Shown: one piece after another, positions 51,636 through 63,486 of the stretch
How positions within the stretch are numbered: the first letter of the stretch is position 1
Layout: every line of letters begins with the position of its first letter
Assembly: GCA_963697895.1 (NCBI GenBank)
Contig: OY969100.1
Location: 1,632,001 to 1,696,000, forward strand
Source: an uncultured Methanomicrobiales archaeon
GTDB taxonomy: Archaea > Halobacteriota > Methanomicrobia > Methanomicrobiales > Methanospirillaceae
Reading direction: 5' to 3'
Length of the DNA: 64,000 bases
Translations under genes and position numbers: made by a program
The notes under the pieces: generated by a model
Seen by the model: the letters and a program-made list of their open reading frames with translations, nothing else
What the model was told of the DNA's origin: nothing
Databases searched by the model: none

Positions 51636-53066
51636 ATGCAGATGCATATCGGAGGAAAAGATGTCGATGCCGCGAAACATGGCTGGATCACAGTCACCAA
51701 CCCAGCTTCCGGCGATCCGGTCGATAAAGTCCCTGATGGAACTTCAGATGATGTCGAGCAGGCTGTTGCGGCCGCGGAGCATGCGTTCCACGACTGGGCC
51801 GGTAGAACCCCGAGGGAAAGGGGAATTATCCTCATGCATGCGGCGGAAGGTGTTCGCTCCGAATATCAGGAAATCGCCAGGCTTCTTTCCACCGAGCAGG
51901 GAAAACCGCTGAAAGAGGCAATGGACGAAGTTCGTGGATTCGCAAATGTCCTGGAATTTTATGCATCGATTGCCGGTCACCTGATCGGTCAGGCGGTTCC
52001 TCTTGGTTCAACCGGGGATCTCATCGTCGCCCGGGAACCACTTGGCGTATGTGGTGCGATTATTCCCTGGAACATGCCTGCCATTATCATGGGATGGAAA
52101 TGCGGACCCGCTCTCCTTTCCGGCAATACAATCGTCCTCAAACCCGCTTCCACCACTCCCCTCGCGAACCTCCGCCTGGCTCAGGTGATGGAGCGCTCCG
52201 GCCTCCCGGCGGGAGTCCTCAACCTGGTGACCGGACGTGGTGAGACGGTCGGAGAGGCGATCGTAAAACATCCCGTGATCCGCAAAGTATCGTTTACCGG
52301 AAGCACGGAGACGGGTCGATGGGTTAGTGAATATGCAGGAAAACACCTGAAAGAAGTGACCCTCGAACTGGGGGGGTCTGACCCGATGATAGTCTGGAGA
52401 GATGCACCATTGGAGAAGGCGGTGGATGGGGCTGTCCGGGGAAGATTCTACAATGCAGGGCAGACCTGTACGGCGGTAAAGCGTCTTTATCTTCACGAAG
52501 ATATTGCTGATCACTTCATCTCCCTGCTGACATCGCGGGTCAGTGGACTCATTGTGGGAGACGGGCTCCAGCCAGGAGTGGACATGGGCCCTCTTCACAC
52601 GCGGGCGCAGCGTGATCAAATGGCAGAACTTGTGGAATCGGTGAGAAATAACGAGAGAGGATCTATCCTCACCGGCGGAACTATCCCGCGCGGGGCGGGA
52701 AAAAGCAAAGGTAATTTCTATGCCCCGACACTCATCTCCGATCCCCCTTCCGGTTCGCCTCTTCTCTGCGAGGAAGTATTCGGTCCGGTGCTCCCTATTC
52801 TCACTATATCTGATCTGCCCTCTGCAATACAGTCCGCGAATAATTCCCGGTTCGGGCTGGGAGCGTCGATCTGGACAAAGGATATTGACATAGTGAGAGC
52901 AGTGTTCAGTGGGGTCCGTTCAGGAGTCTGCTGGGTGAACCGTCATATGAGCCTCCCACCCGATGTACCGTTCGGCGGTGTTAAGGAAAGCGGTATAGGC
53001 CGGGAAAACGGGATTGATGCGTGCCTCTCTTATACCCGGACGAGGAGCCTGATTCTCGCGCGGTAG
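51636..53066 (+). CDS. NAD(P)-dependent aldehyde dehydrogenase
   Basis: IIPWN, FTGS, LELGGSDP, AGQTCTA, EEVFGP, PFGGVKESG. Confidence 0.93.
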   Translation: MQMHIGGKDVDAAKHGWITVTNPASGDPVDKVPDGTSDDVEQAVAAAEHAFHDWAGRTPRERGIILMHAAEGVRSEYQEIARLLSTEQGKPLKEAMDEVRGFANVLEFYASIAGHLIGQAVPLGSTGDLIVAREPLGVCGAIIPWNMPAIIMGWKCGPALLSGNTIVLKPASTTPLANLRLAQVMERSGLPAGVLNLVTGRGETVGEAIVKHPVIRKVSFTGSTETGRWVSEYAGKHLKEVTLELGGSDPMIVWRDAPLEKAVDGAVRGRFYNAGQTCTAVKRLYLHEDIADHFISLLTSRVSGLIVGDGLQPGVDMGPLHTRAQRDQMAELVESVRNNERGSILTGGTIPRGAGKSKGNFYAPTLISDPPSGSPLLCEEVFGPVLPILTISDLPSAIQSANNSRFGLGASIWTKDIDIVRAVFSGVRSGVCWVNRHMSLPPDVPFGGVKESGIGRENGIDACLSYTRTRSLILAR

Positions 53067-53266
53067 CCCTCAGCCCGATTCGTGTAGCATCAGGGTTCTG
53101 TGTCAGGGGTCCGATGACCATCCCTCCACCACCTTAAGACACCATCCCGGCGTTCATGATGTTATATTCCTATTTCCGGATGAAATAAGTGAAACCAGAT
53201 CGCCCGGTGAAAAAACGACACGGAAAATTCTTATAATGATGCTGCCTATGTTCTCCGCGTGATACT

Positions 53267-53680
53267 ATGTCCGGTGAAGAAATGTTAAAGATGACAGCAG
53301 ATGAGCTGGAGCAGTTACTCACCCCGGCACATGTTATGGGAGAGGCAGTCGATCTCGGTGATAAATCGGTCATCCCGGTGGTCGAGTTCGGCTTCGGTTT
53401 TGGCGCCGGGTACGGGAGAGGAAAAGATCCCGGGCGAAACAGGGAAGGAGAGGGTGGGGGGAGTGGGGCCGGGGGAGGAATCTCTCCGGTGGCACTGGTC
53501 ATTGTCCATAAAGACCGGTCAGGACCTGAAGGGATACAGGTTCTTTCGCTTCGGAAGGACAACCCGGTCGCTCAGGTGATCTCGGCATTGAGCGAATCCC
53601 TCGCCCCCCAGGTGATAGAAGCGATGAAATCGATGAAGGGTGGCCGGAAGAGACGGGAAGGACCCACTGAAGAAGGATAA
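53267..53680 (+). CDS. GerW/YtfJ family protein
   Basis: VMGEAV...VIPV..FGFGFGAG...GGGSGAGGGISPVA. Confidence 0.85.
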   Translation: MSGEEMLKMTADELEQLLTPAHVMGEAVDLGDKSVIPVVEFGFGFGAGYGRGKDPGRNREGEGGGSGAGGGISPVALVIVHKDRSGPEGIQVLSLRKDNPVAQVISALSESLAPQVIEAMKSMKGGRKRREGPTEEG

Positions 53681-53699
53681 TTTCGACCCGAATCTTTTC

Positions 53700-54374
53700 A
53701 TGGATCCTCTTGGCTTCATTTTTTTGTTTTTCGTCTTCATCCTGCTCGTTATCGCGTTGTTAATCCTCTCCCTGATGCTTGCACTGTACTGGATTCCTCT
53801 CGATATTATCGGTACTGCAAAAAAAGAGGATGAGATTTTAACCTCGTCAATTTCCATCTTGTGGGGAGGGTTCGGATTCACTGTGCGTCATGGAGAGACG
53901 ACCCTTGTCACATTTCTTCTTTTTCGCCAGCCGCTGCTCACATGGCAGCGGGAGGAACGGGCGAAAAATATATTTTATTCGCGTGCTGAACGAAAATCGC
54001 TTGATCTGAAGGCGATCGTCATGCTTTTTACCAGAATCTGGCCGGATATCAGAGCGGTTATCACGGCACTGGTTCGATCGCTCGTTCTCCGCCGGTTTGA
54101 GTGTGAAATTGTTTACGGTACCACCGATGCCGCGCTCACCGGGCGTATATTCGGGTATTGTTCCGCCCTTTTGCCTGCTCAATTTTTTACGGAGGATATA
54201 TTCATCGACATCATGCCCGTCTTCGGAAAAAACCTTCTGAATGGTCGTATATCGATATCGGTCCGGGTAGAACGGCTGCTTTTTATTCTCATTCCTGTAT
54301 TGAAGCTGATAATGAATCAGGAGATGCGTGGATTTCTTGGGGATCTTAAAAGAGGAGACAGAGGGTATGCATGA
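53700..54374 (+). CDS. DUF2953 (YtfI-like) membrane-anchored protein
   Basis: N-terminal TM; YGTTDAALTGRIFG...PVF motif; adjacent to ytfJ. Confidence 0.75.
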   Translation: MDPLGFIFLFFVFILLVIALLILSLMLALYWIPLDIIGTAKKEDEILTSSISILWGGFGFTVRHGETTLVTFLLFRQPLLTWQREERAKNIFYSRAERKSLDLKAIVMLFTRIWPDIRAVITALVRSLVLRRFECEIVYGTTDAALTGRIFGYCSALLPAQFFTEDIFIDIMPVFGKNLLNGRISISVRVERLLFILIPVLKLIMNQEMRGFLGDLKRGDRGYA

Positions 54375-54595
54375 TGGCGGGTGAATTAACCTTTGGAAAA
54401 CCGCTGGTGAAATTCAACAGGACAATCATACCCATCGTCCGGGTATCGAAGATTGTTCGTCGTGGTGGCGCAGCAGTTTTTTCAACGCCGGTTGCGCTTT
54501 TTATCCTGGAAAATGATAAGTGTCTTTTCGCTCCGCTCCAGGATGATATAGCGGCGGAGGATGTTATCGAGGAAATCAATTCACTCCTCGGATAA
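54371..54595 (+). CDS. Small YtfJ-like protein lacking the Gly-rich loop
   Basis: FGKPL...TIIPIVRV...PVALFI; ATGA overlap with upstream gene. Confidence 0.65.
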   Translation: MMAGELTFGKPLVKFNRTIIPIVRVSKIVRRGGAAVFSTPVALFILENDKCLFAPLQDDIAAEDVIEEINSLLG

Positions 54596-54631
54596 ATGCT
54601 GCCAAAATGCCCGCAATTCTTGAAAAAAGGA

Positions 54632-54964
54632 TCACTTTCCCCGGATTTTCTGACTTTCAAATCTCCTGCTCCCGATAGCAGTAATTATCCCGACGGCCGG
54701 GACCAGCCCTGCCAGGAACAGGGTAACTGCAATAAGCTCGAGATCCGGTACAAGGATCTCGATCGCGAATGTGATGACCCCTGCACCACCGAGGAAAAGG
54801 AGGTTATTTCCTACCCACCGCGACAATCCTTCAGGGTCTTTCACCGTTCCGCGATCATATCCCCGGATCAGATCGAGCCTTTTCCGGTATTTTATCAGAT
54901 ACCCGAGCGCAATGAAGAAAAGGGTGATAAATTCGGTAATGATCAGAATAAGCGGGTTTACCAT
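54632..54964 (-). CDS. Small membrane protein (DUF3784-like)
   Basis: GYLIKY...LIRGYD; 3 TM. Confidence 0.7.
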   Translation of the reverse strand: MVNPLILIITEFITLFFIALGYLIKYRKRLDLIRGYDRGTVKDPEGLSRWVGNNLLFLGGAGVITFAIEILVPDLELIAVTLFLAGLVPAVGIITAIGSRRFESQKIRGK

Positions 54965-55111
54965 GATTGATCTCCGTTGTATTATTCTTAAGAGGGTACA
55001 TCGTCAGATATTATCAGGTGATCGGAGACTGAACCGGGAATACCAAACTCCCGGGTTCATTTACGGGGCGGGGATGGCCCGGAGGGAGAGCCCGGATCTG
55101 TAGCCCTGTCG

Positions 55112-56275
55112 TCATTCATGCCTCAGTGCGTCTATAGGATTCAGATTGGAGGCCTTCCAAGCTGGATAGAAGCCCGATAGGAGGCATGTTCCGAGACCGA
55201 ATGCGACTCCGTAGACGATATGGACCAGGCTCGACGGCACGAAGAGATACTGGGTAGTCTGCAACATGAGACTGCTTATCAGGAAACCAGCTGCAAGGGC
55301 AAGAGTTCCTCCGATGGAACTTCCAATCAAACCGAGGATCAACGCTTCATAGAGGAACATCCGCCGTACTTCTCTTCGTTGGGTGCCGATACTCCGCATC
55401 ACCCCAATCTCCTTAATTCGCTCGGTGACCGACATCATCATGATATTCAGGATACTCACCCCGGCGACCACCAACGAGATCCCTCCGATAACAATCATGA
55501 AGGTGGAGATACTGTTGAAGGTGGTGAAGATTGTCTCGAGGATCATCCGGGTGTCGATCACATTTACGACCTCCTCTCTCCTGTTGAGGGAATCATCGAT
55601 GGATTTTTTCACCGCGTCTATCTGGTTCAAGTCGCGCACTTTCACCACGACCATGGTGAAGTCCTGAACACCGTATGCCTGGGAGTACCAGGTATCGGAG
55701 ACCACTATACCATAGTCCGGATTGATATCGAAACCCATCCCGCGCTCCTTCAGGATACCAGAAACGCGAAGCGCACCCTTATCCCCCACTGAAATCCGGC
55801 TGCCCACGTTCAGGTGATTCTCCTCCGCGAACTTCGAACCAACAAGAGCTGAGGAGGACCCGCCACGGATAAAAGATCCCTCTTTAACCTCGAGCAGGAG
55901 CGGTATGTCGTCCGGTGGCAGGCCATAGATAACCCCGGCGGTGTCTTTCGAACCGATCTTCATCCGGTCACCCCCGGAATATACCGGTATCGCTGTATTT
56001 GGCGCTACTGCCCGCTCGATCTGCTCGAGCTGCCGTTCGGTGATCACCTGGTTCGATGAGACCCCCATACCCGTGCCTCCTCCGCCAGTATGCGGGGAAA
56101 CAATAATGGTATCCCCGACGGTGGAAAGGCTGTCTGATATCGAGAGCACGATACCGTTTCCCAGGATCCCCATCGCCGAGATGGTGACAACCCCGATGAG
56201 GATTCCGAGGACTGCAAGAACGGACCGGAACCAGTGGAGCCTGATATTTCTTCGGGCAAATTCAAAGAATATCAT
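55112..56275 (-). CDS. MacB/FtsX-type ABC permease
   Basis: RSVLAVLGILIGV, NIMMMSVTERIKEIG, YPAWKASNLNPIDALR. Confidence 0.92.
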   Translation of the reverse strand: MIFFEFARRNIRLHWFRSVLAVLGILIGVVTISAMGILGNGIVLSISDSLSTVGDTIIVSPHTGGGGTGMGVSSNQVITERQLEQIERAVAPNTAIPVYSGGDRMKIGSKDTAGVIYGLPPDDIPLLLEVKEGSFIRGGSSSALVGSKFAEENHLNVGSRISVGDKGALRVSGILKERGMGFDINPDYGIVVSDTWYSQAYGVQDFTMVVVKVRDLNQIDAVKKSIDDSLNRREEVVNVIDTRMILETIFTTFNSISTFMIVIGGISLVVAGVSILNIMMMSVTERIKEIGVMRSIGTQRREVRRMFLYEALILGLIGSSIGGTLALAAGFLISSLMLQTTQYLFVPSSLVHIVYGVAFGLGTCLLSGFYPAWKASNLNPIDALRHE

Positions 56276-56961
56276 TTGATCCTGCCGTCCTCCAGCTGAA
56301 TAGTGCGTCCTGCATATTCTGCGATCTTCGGGTCATGGGTGACCATGATGATCGTTTTCCCGTACCCGTTCATCTCCGAGAGGAGATCCATGATGCCTTT
56401 TCCTGTTTTTGTGTCGAGGTTTCCGGTCGGTTCATCACAAAGGAGGATATCGGGGTTGTTGATGAGGGCACGGGCAATTGCAACCCGCTGTTGCTGGCCT
56501 CCGGATAGTTCACTCGGTTTGTGGGTCCAGAGCTCCGGGTTCAGTCCAACTGCCCGGAGAACCTCTTCCGGCCTTTCCAACGTTGTTTTCCTCCCTTTTT
56601 TCAGAATAAGGGGAAATTCAACGTTTTCCATGACAGTGAACAGGGGAATGAGATTAAACTGTTGAAAAATGAACCCGAGGGTATCGCGCCGGAGGAGTGT
56701 CAGCTCCTCATCACTCATATCCTTTATACGGTTCCCGCTGATCCAGAGTTCTCCCTCAGTCGGGACATCGAGACACCCTATAAGATTCAGCAGGGTTGAT
56801 TTTCCTGACCCCGAGGGGCCCATGATTGCGATAAACTCTCCACCCTCGATCTCAAGGCTGATATGCTCGAGTGCCACCACATTCCCGGCGGGTAAGGGAT
56901 ATATCTTCGTTACATCCCGAAATTCGATTATAGGATGTTCTGCTTCCCGATCCCCGCTCAT
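56272..56961 (-). CDS. LolD/MacB-type ABC ATP-binding protein
   Basis: GPSGSGKST, LSGGQQQRVAIARAL, DEPTGNLD. Confidence 0.93.
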   Translation of the reverse strand: MSGDREAEHPIIEFRDVTKIYPLPAGNVVALEHISLEIEGGEFIAIMGPSGSGKSTLLNLIGCLDVPTEGELWISGNRIKDMSDEELTLLRRDTLGFIFQQFNLIPLFTVMENVEFPLILKKGRKTTLERPEEVLRAVGLNPELWTHKPSELSGGQQQRVAIARALINNPDILLCDEPTGNLDTKTGKGIMDLLSEMNGYGKTIIMVTHDPKIAEYAGRTIQLEDGRIK

Positions 56962-58136
56962 CTCCTTCTCCATGAGTAGAGAATGATCCCCAGTATTACC
57001 GCTGCAACGGCAATAATCAGTCCGATCACCGGCAGCGGCAGAGACGACTCGGTACCGTGAACGGGTTGCCCCCCCGGCACTTCGAATGTTGTGGAGCGGG
57101 TGAATGTATTCCCATCCTGATCTTTGAAGGTCACCACGACCTCCGCGTGAGTGACATTTTCCGCAATAAATGTGTTCTCGAAACTGGAGAAGTCATCCGG
57201 TTTCAGGGATCCGACCACGTAAGAACGGTAGGGATCGACCGGCATGACCCCGCCGGATGTGGTAATAACCACCGAGTTTGCCGTTTCCAGACCGGCATTG
57301 GTCACATCTCCTGTCAGGGAATAGATCCCATTTTTGGATTCCACATTGATATTTGAGAGGATTGGGTCTGCCTGTTTTTTACTTTCTCCCATCGTGACGG
57401 GAGCGGTGACAGTTGCGGTATGTTTATTGATTCCATTCTTGTAATCCACCCGGATGGTGACATCGGACGATTGTTCCGGCGTTATGGAGAAGCTTACCTC
57501 TCTCGAGGAATCGGGATCCAGAGCGCCGATGAAAAAGCTCGAGGGGGTCACACCGAACCCGCTTCCTTCGGGGTAGACGATCACTCCGTTGACCTGGTTA
57601 TCCCGCGGGTTTCCTACAGAGAGATTGACGACATCTTTTTTCCCGATGGAAAAGGTATCCGGCCTGTCTAAAATAGCGATCTTGAGCGGGGTATCATCCA
57701 CCTTCAGGGTGATCGGATATCTGAGGTAACCGGCATCCCTGTAGTCGACTGAAAAGACCGGGTAATAAATACCCGATATTGTATCCGCCCTCACGGTGAA
57801 GGTGAAATCCATTTTATTCCCGGCTCCGATTGATCCCGCAGCATCATACGAATTGGAAAGGACCGTGATATCATTATCATAAAGGGTGACGCGGCTGATG
57901 GCCACTTTCTCATTTCCCGAATTGGTGATCTCGACCGTGATCGTTCCGGTATCGCCTGAAAAGAATATCGCCGGATCGATCTCCACGTGCGTTACGCTCA
58001 CCTGTGCCGCAGCCGCCTCTGAAACTGCATCTGCAGCCACGGGGGCAGTGAGCAATATGCAGGAGAGCATTACTAACATAACGGAAAGGAATGCCCCCTC
58101 CCATATTGAATTGTTTACCTGTTTCGTCATTTTCAT
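56958..58136 (-). CDS. COG1361-type Ig-like/S-layer-domain exported protein with C-terminal TM
   Basis: Signal peptide, beta-rich repeats, GDVTNAGLE, GSLKPDDFSSFE, TM plus WRRR. Confidence 0.8.
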   Translation of the reverse strand: MKMTKQVNNSIWEGAFLSVMLVMLSCILLTAPVAADAVSEAAAAQVSVTHVEIDPAIFFSGDTGTITVEITNSGNEKVAISRVTLYDNDITVLSNSYDAAGSIGAGNKMDFTFTVRADTISGIYYPVFSVDYRDAGYLRYPITLKVDDTPLKIAILDRPDTFSIGKKDVVNLSVGNPRDNQVNGVIVYPEGSGFGVTPSSFFIGALDPDSSREVSFSITPEQSSDVTIRVDYKNGINKHTATVTAPVTMGESKKQADPILSNINVESKNGIYSLTGDVTNAGLETANSVVITTSGGVMPVDPYRSYVVGSLKPDDFSSFENTFIAENVTHAEVVVTFKDQDGNTFTRSTTFEVPGGQPVHGTESSLPLPVIGLIIAVAAVILGIILYSWRRR

Positions 58137-58820
58137 CTATGATCCTCCGATCGACGGTATACCGACGATTAACATGACAATTGTATAGATTATGTAGATC
58201 GCCACCGGCAATCCGATCGTGATGACCGCATGGCGTAGCGAGAGAGCCCGGGCATGTCGAATTCCAAAAATCCAGAGATTCGCACTCCAGATGATGAATA
58301 AAATCCCGATTATGGTTGAAACCGTGGTCAGTTCGCGCATTGCCGGGTCACTCATCAGTTGCTGGATTAATCCCTGCACCGCTTCCGGGTTTTGGATCGA
58401 AGTGATTTGAGGTACCCGGATACGGGGGATATAATAGAGGCTCATGAGAAGCGTTATGGCGCCTCCTATAACCTGTGGAACCGAGCCGAGTCCCACGACT
58501 TCAAGCGTCCGGGTGAAGGAACCATTCCCTTTGAATGCAAGAGAGAGGGCATAAAAGATCCCGGAAAAAATGAGCCAGATTACGAAAAAAAATACAAATG
58601 AACCGATTGCTGCAATGACACCCGTAAGCACCGTCATTCCGGGCATTACCGATGAGAGTAGTTCTCCGGTAAGCCCTCCGATAAGGTATCCATGAACGGC
58701 TGCAATAACCCCCCCGATGAGGATTATGATGATCGCGATCTTCAGACTCTCCTTCCTTTTCATTAATTCAGCGAAATAAACGTCTGGTCTGGTCAGAAAA
58801 TCACGTATTGCCGGTTCCAT
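58137..58820 (-). CDS. Yip1 family membrane protein
   Basis: LTRPD.YF, GSFTRTLEVVG, W..NLWIFGI. Confidence 0.85.
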   Translation of the reverse strand: MEPAIRDFLTRPDVYFAELMKRKESLKIAIIIILIGGVIAAVHGYLIGGLTGELLSSVMPGMTVLTGVIAAIGSFVFFFVIWLIFSGIFYALSLAFKGNGSFTRTLEVVGLGSVPQVIGGAITLLMSLYYIPRIRVPQITSIQNPEAVQGLIQQLMSDPAMRELTTVSTIIGILFIIWSANLWIFGIRHARALSLRHAVITIGLPVAIYIIYTIVMLIVGIPSIGGS

Positions 58821-58969
58821 AAATATTCACCCTAAAATTCGATATAATCCCCTATTAATATATGTCACCTGACAGGAAATATCCTGGTTTTTTCGGTACA
58901 TCGCTTTGTTTTAACAATTTCACGCTTGAATTGTACTATAAAAAATGGTTCATACGTGATTCGTGGTTC

Positions 58970-59899
58970 CTAGAAAAATTTTCCTTTCCAGAATATTACA
59001 ATCCCACAGAGCGAAAGAAGAGCGCTGATTCCGATAGGGATAAGAAATGCATGGGGAACCGTCTGATATGGCAGATCCACGTTCATCCCATAGAAACTCA
59101 CCACGAGGGTTGGAAGCATGATGAGGATCGTAACCGTGGTCAGGAGTTTCATGACCATATTGAGATTGTTGGAGATCACCGATGCAAACGCATCCATCAT
59201 GCCTGAAAGAATATCCGAATAAATATTCGCCATTTCGATGGCCTGCCTGTTCTCGATGATCACTTCATCAAAAAGATCCTTCTCCTCCGGGATGAGTTTC
59301 ATGCATTCACTGTTGTAGCACTTTTCCATCATGAGTGCGTTCGAACGGAGCGAAGTGATGAAAAAAACCAGGCTTTTTTCAAGATTAAGGAGTTTAATCA
59401 GCTCTTCGTTCTTGAGTGCACGGTGCAGTTTCTGCTGTACCGCGTTTGTCATCCGGTTGATCTCTTTTAAGTAATTTAAAAAGAGCAATGCCGTCCTCAT
59501 GAAGAGGAGAAGAACAAACCTGTTCCTTTTATCGGTCGAAAACCCCCGAACCCGATTGTTGATGAAGTCCTGGATAACATCCGCATCGGTGAGGGATATC
59601 GTGATGATCAGATCATGAGTGAGTATAATCCCAATAGGGAGAGTGACGAAAGGAATATCGGAATCGATATCCCGCCGTGGTACACGGAGCAGGATAAGAG
59701 TGCTGGCATCTTGCTTCTCTGTTCGCGCTCGCTCGTCCACATCGAGAGGATCGGTAAGAAAATCCGCAGGGAAGCCGAACTGTGAGAGGAGCTCTTCTAT
59801 CTCAAGGTTGGTAGGATTGACAACATTTACCCAGCATCCACTCTCATATTCCTCGATGACCTTTAAGCCACCCGATGTGGATCGGTAGACGGTTATCAT
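58970..59899 (-). CDS. corA: CorA family Mg2+/Co2+ transporter
   Basis: WVNVVNPT, ISNNLNMVMK, PTLVVSFYGMN. Confidence 0.93.
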   Translation of the reverse strand: MITVYRSTSGGLKVIEEYESGCWVNVVNPTNLEIEELLSQFGFPADFLTDPLDVDERARTEKQDASTLILLRVPRRDIDSDIPFVTLPIGIILTHDLIITISLTDADVIQDFINNRVRGFSTDKRNRFVLLLFMRTALLFLNYLKEINRMTNAVQQKLHRALKNEELIKLLNLEKSLVFFITSLRSNALMMEKCYNSECMKLIPEEKDLFDEVIIENRQAIEMANIYSDILSGMMDAFASVISNNLNMVMKLLTTVTILIMLPTLVVSFYGMNVDLPYQTVPHAFLIPIGISALLSLCGIVIFWKGKFF

Positions 59900-60261
59900 C
59901 CTTTCTTTCCTCCATTGGCGGTATTTTCATCTCCTTTCGTTCATGAACCATCCACCTTCGCTCATTTTAGCGCCCGGATGGTTCTTCTCACCCACTCACG
60001 AATGCACCAGGCCCCCGTGGACTTATCCTGGAGAGATGCGTCGTGCCATTTCTTGCTTAAATGATTGCGCTCAACCCTTATCTCCCCTTCGTATGATCCA
60101 GAAACAAGGAATTTTTATTACGGGATTCTCGCAAGATTCTGGTTGCGGAGGAAAATATCATCGATGGGCAGGACATAAAGAAGCCGGGATTGGATATTTG
60201 TTATACATTTCTTTATACCGGTTCCTGAAAAGGTCATAGATCCCGGGCAGATTCTTTCGAT

Positions 60262-61395
60262 TTATACCAGTCTTCTAATCCTGTTCACCGCTTCCTTCAG
60301 TTTTTCGCGCGATGCGGCATAGGATATCCGCTCCCATCCGGGCATTCCGAATGCCGAACCAGGGGTCACTGCAACATGAGCATTTTCGAGCCAATTCCGC
60401 GCGATCTCTATATCATCCCCCATAACTTTGATAAAAGCGTAAAATGCACCATCTGCAGGTGCGCTTTCAAAACCCATCAGGCCCAGCTCTTCAATCAGGT
60501 AATCGCGACGTCGCCTGAATTCCTGAACCATCTCTCCGACACAACCCTGATCTCCCTTTAATGCAGCCACCCCTCCGTACATGACAAAGGTTGTCGGGTG
60601 ACTGGTGGAATGCTGCTGCACCTTCGACATCTGTCTGATTATTTCTGCTGGCGCGATCGCATATCCGAGCCTCCATCCGGTCATAGCATAAGCCTTTGAG
60701 AACCCGTTGACAGTGATTGTCCGTTCCGCCATGGGGCCGACACGGGCGAGGGATGTATGTTCCTTCCCGTAAATCAGCTTCTCGTAAATCTCATCGGAAA
60801 GAACAAAGAGATCAAAATCTTCGCAGATATCGGAGACCAATGCCAATGATCTTCCATCGAGAACCGATCCTGACGGATTCGATGGAGAGTTGATCACCAT
60901 CATCTTGGTCTTATGGGTAATCCGCTCGAGAACCGAATCCTCGATCTGGAATGTCGAATCATTGAGCTGATGATGCACCGCACGTGCTCCTGCCATTTGG
61001 ATACACGGCTCATAGGAGACCCATGAAGGATCCAGAATGATCGCTTCGTCACCCTGATTCAGGGTCGCCTGCATCGCCTGATGAATTGCGTCCTTTGCTC
61101 CGCAGGTGACGATCACCTGTTCGGGTCTGCAGGGGAAATGGTTATCATGCTCGATCTTTTCGGCAATCGCTGTTATGAGTTCGGGGATCCCATTACTGGG
61201 CGCATAGTGCGTCTCGCCTCTCATCAGTGCATCGATGCACGCATCCTTGATATGCCCCGGGGTTTCGAAATCCGGTTCGCCGATCGAGAGGCTGATGACA
61301 TCTATTCCCTGCTGCTGCATCTTCTTTGCCGCGTTGGAGATCTCCATCGTGGCTGATGGAGCGATAGCGGAAATCTTCTCCGATAATTGCCTCAT
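60262..61395 (-). CDS. Class I/II PLP aminotransferase (aspartate aminotransferase-like)
   Basis: [33 protein letters not shown]. Confidence 0.93.
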   Translation of the reverse strand: MRQLSEKISAIAPSATMEISNAAKKMQQQGIDVISLSIGEPDFETPGHIKDACIDALMRGETHYAPSNGIPELITAIAEKIEHDNHFPCRPEQVIVTCGAKDAIHQAMQATLNQGDEAIILDPSWVSYEPCIQMAGARAVHHQLNDSTFQIEDSVLERITHKTKMMVINSPSNPSGSVLDGRSLALVSDICEDFDLFVLSDEIYEKLIYGKEHTSLARVGPMAERTITVNGFSKAYAMTGWRLGYAIAPAEIIRQMSKVQQHSTSHPTTFVMYGGVAALKGDQGCVGEMVQEFRRRRDYLIEELGLMGFESAPADGAFYAFIKVMGDDIEIARNWLENAHVAVTPGSAFGMPGWERISYAASREKLKEAVNRIRRLV

Positions 61396-61800
61396 TGCAG
61401 TCTCTGGACCATCTTGATTGCTGATTCCACGGCTCGTTTCGCATAATCGATGCGTTCGTTTGCCTCGAGCCGTGTCATTCCAGGTCCGGAGATACCAAGT
61501 GTGACGGGTTTTCCGAATTCAAGGCTCAGGTCGATGATCTTTCGCGCAGCATGCTGTACAACGATCTCGTCATGCTGTGTGGCCCCTTCGATTACGCATC
61601 CGATCGTGACCACCGCGTCGACCCGCCCTGTCTGAAGCATCTTTTTAATTGCAAGCGGCATATCGTATGCACCCGGGACATACATGCATTCGGTTACATC
61701 GGCACCGAGAAATGCCGCGTGTTCTCTCCCTTCGATCTCCATCATATATGTGATATCCCGGTTGAATTCAGCAACCACAAACCCGAGTCTTTATTGCCAT
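61392..61800 (-). CDS. ribH: 6,7-dimethyl-8-ribityllumazine synthase (frameshift in first codons)
   Basis: [24 protein letters not shown]. Removing one A after ATG 61800 gives [12 protein letters not shown]; SD GGAGG present. Confidence 0.93.
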
Positions 61801-61851
61801 AATTTCCCTCCTGTTAGATCTCCTGTCTGATCATTCATAATGGTATCACGG

Positions 61852-63441
<1,590 letters not shown>

Positions 63442-63486
63442 GCTATCAGCCCATAGTATATTTATAGAGGCGAAATATAAGTTTGG

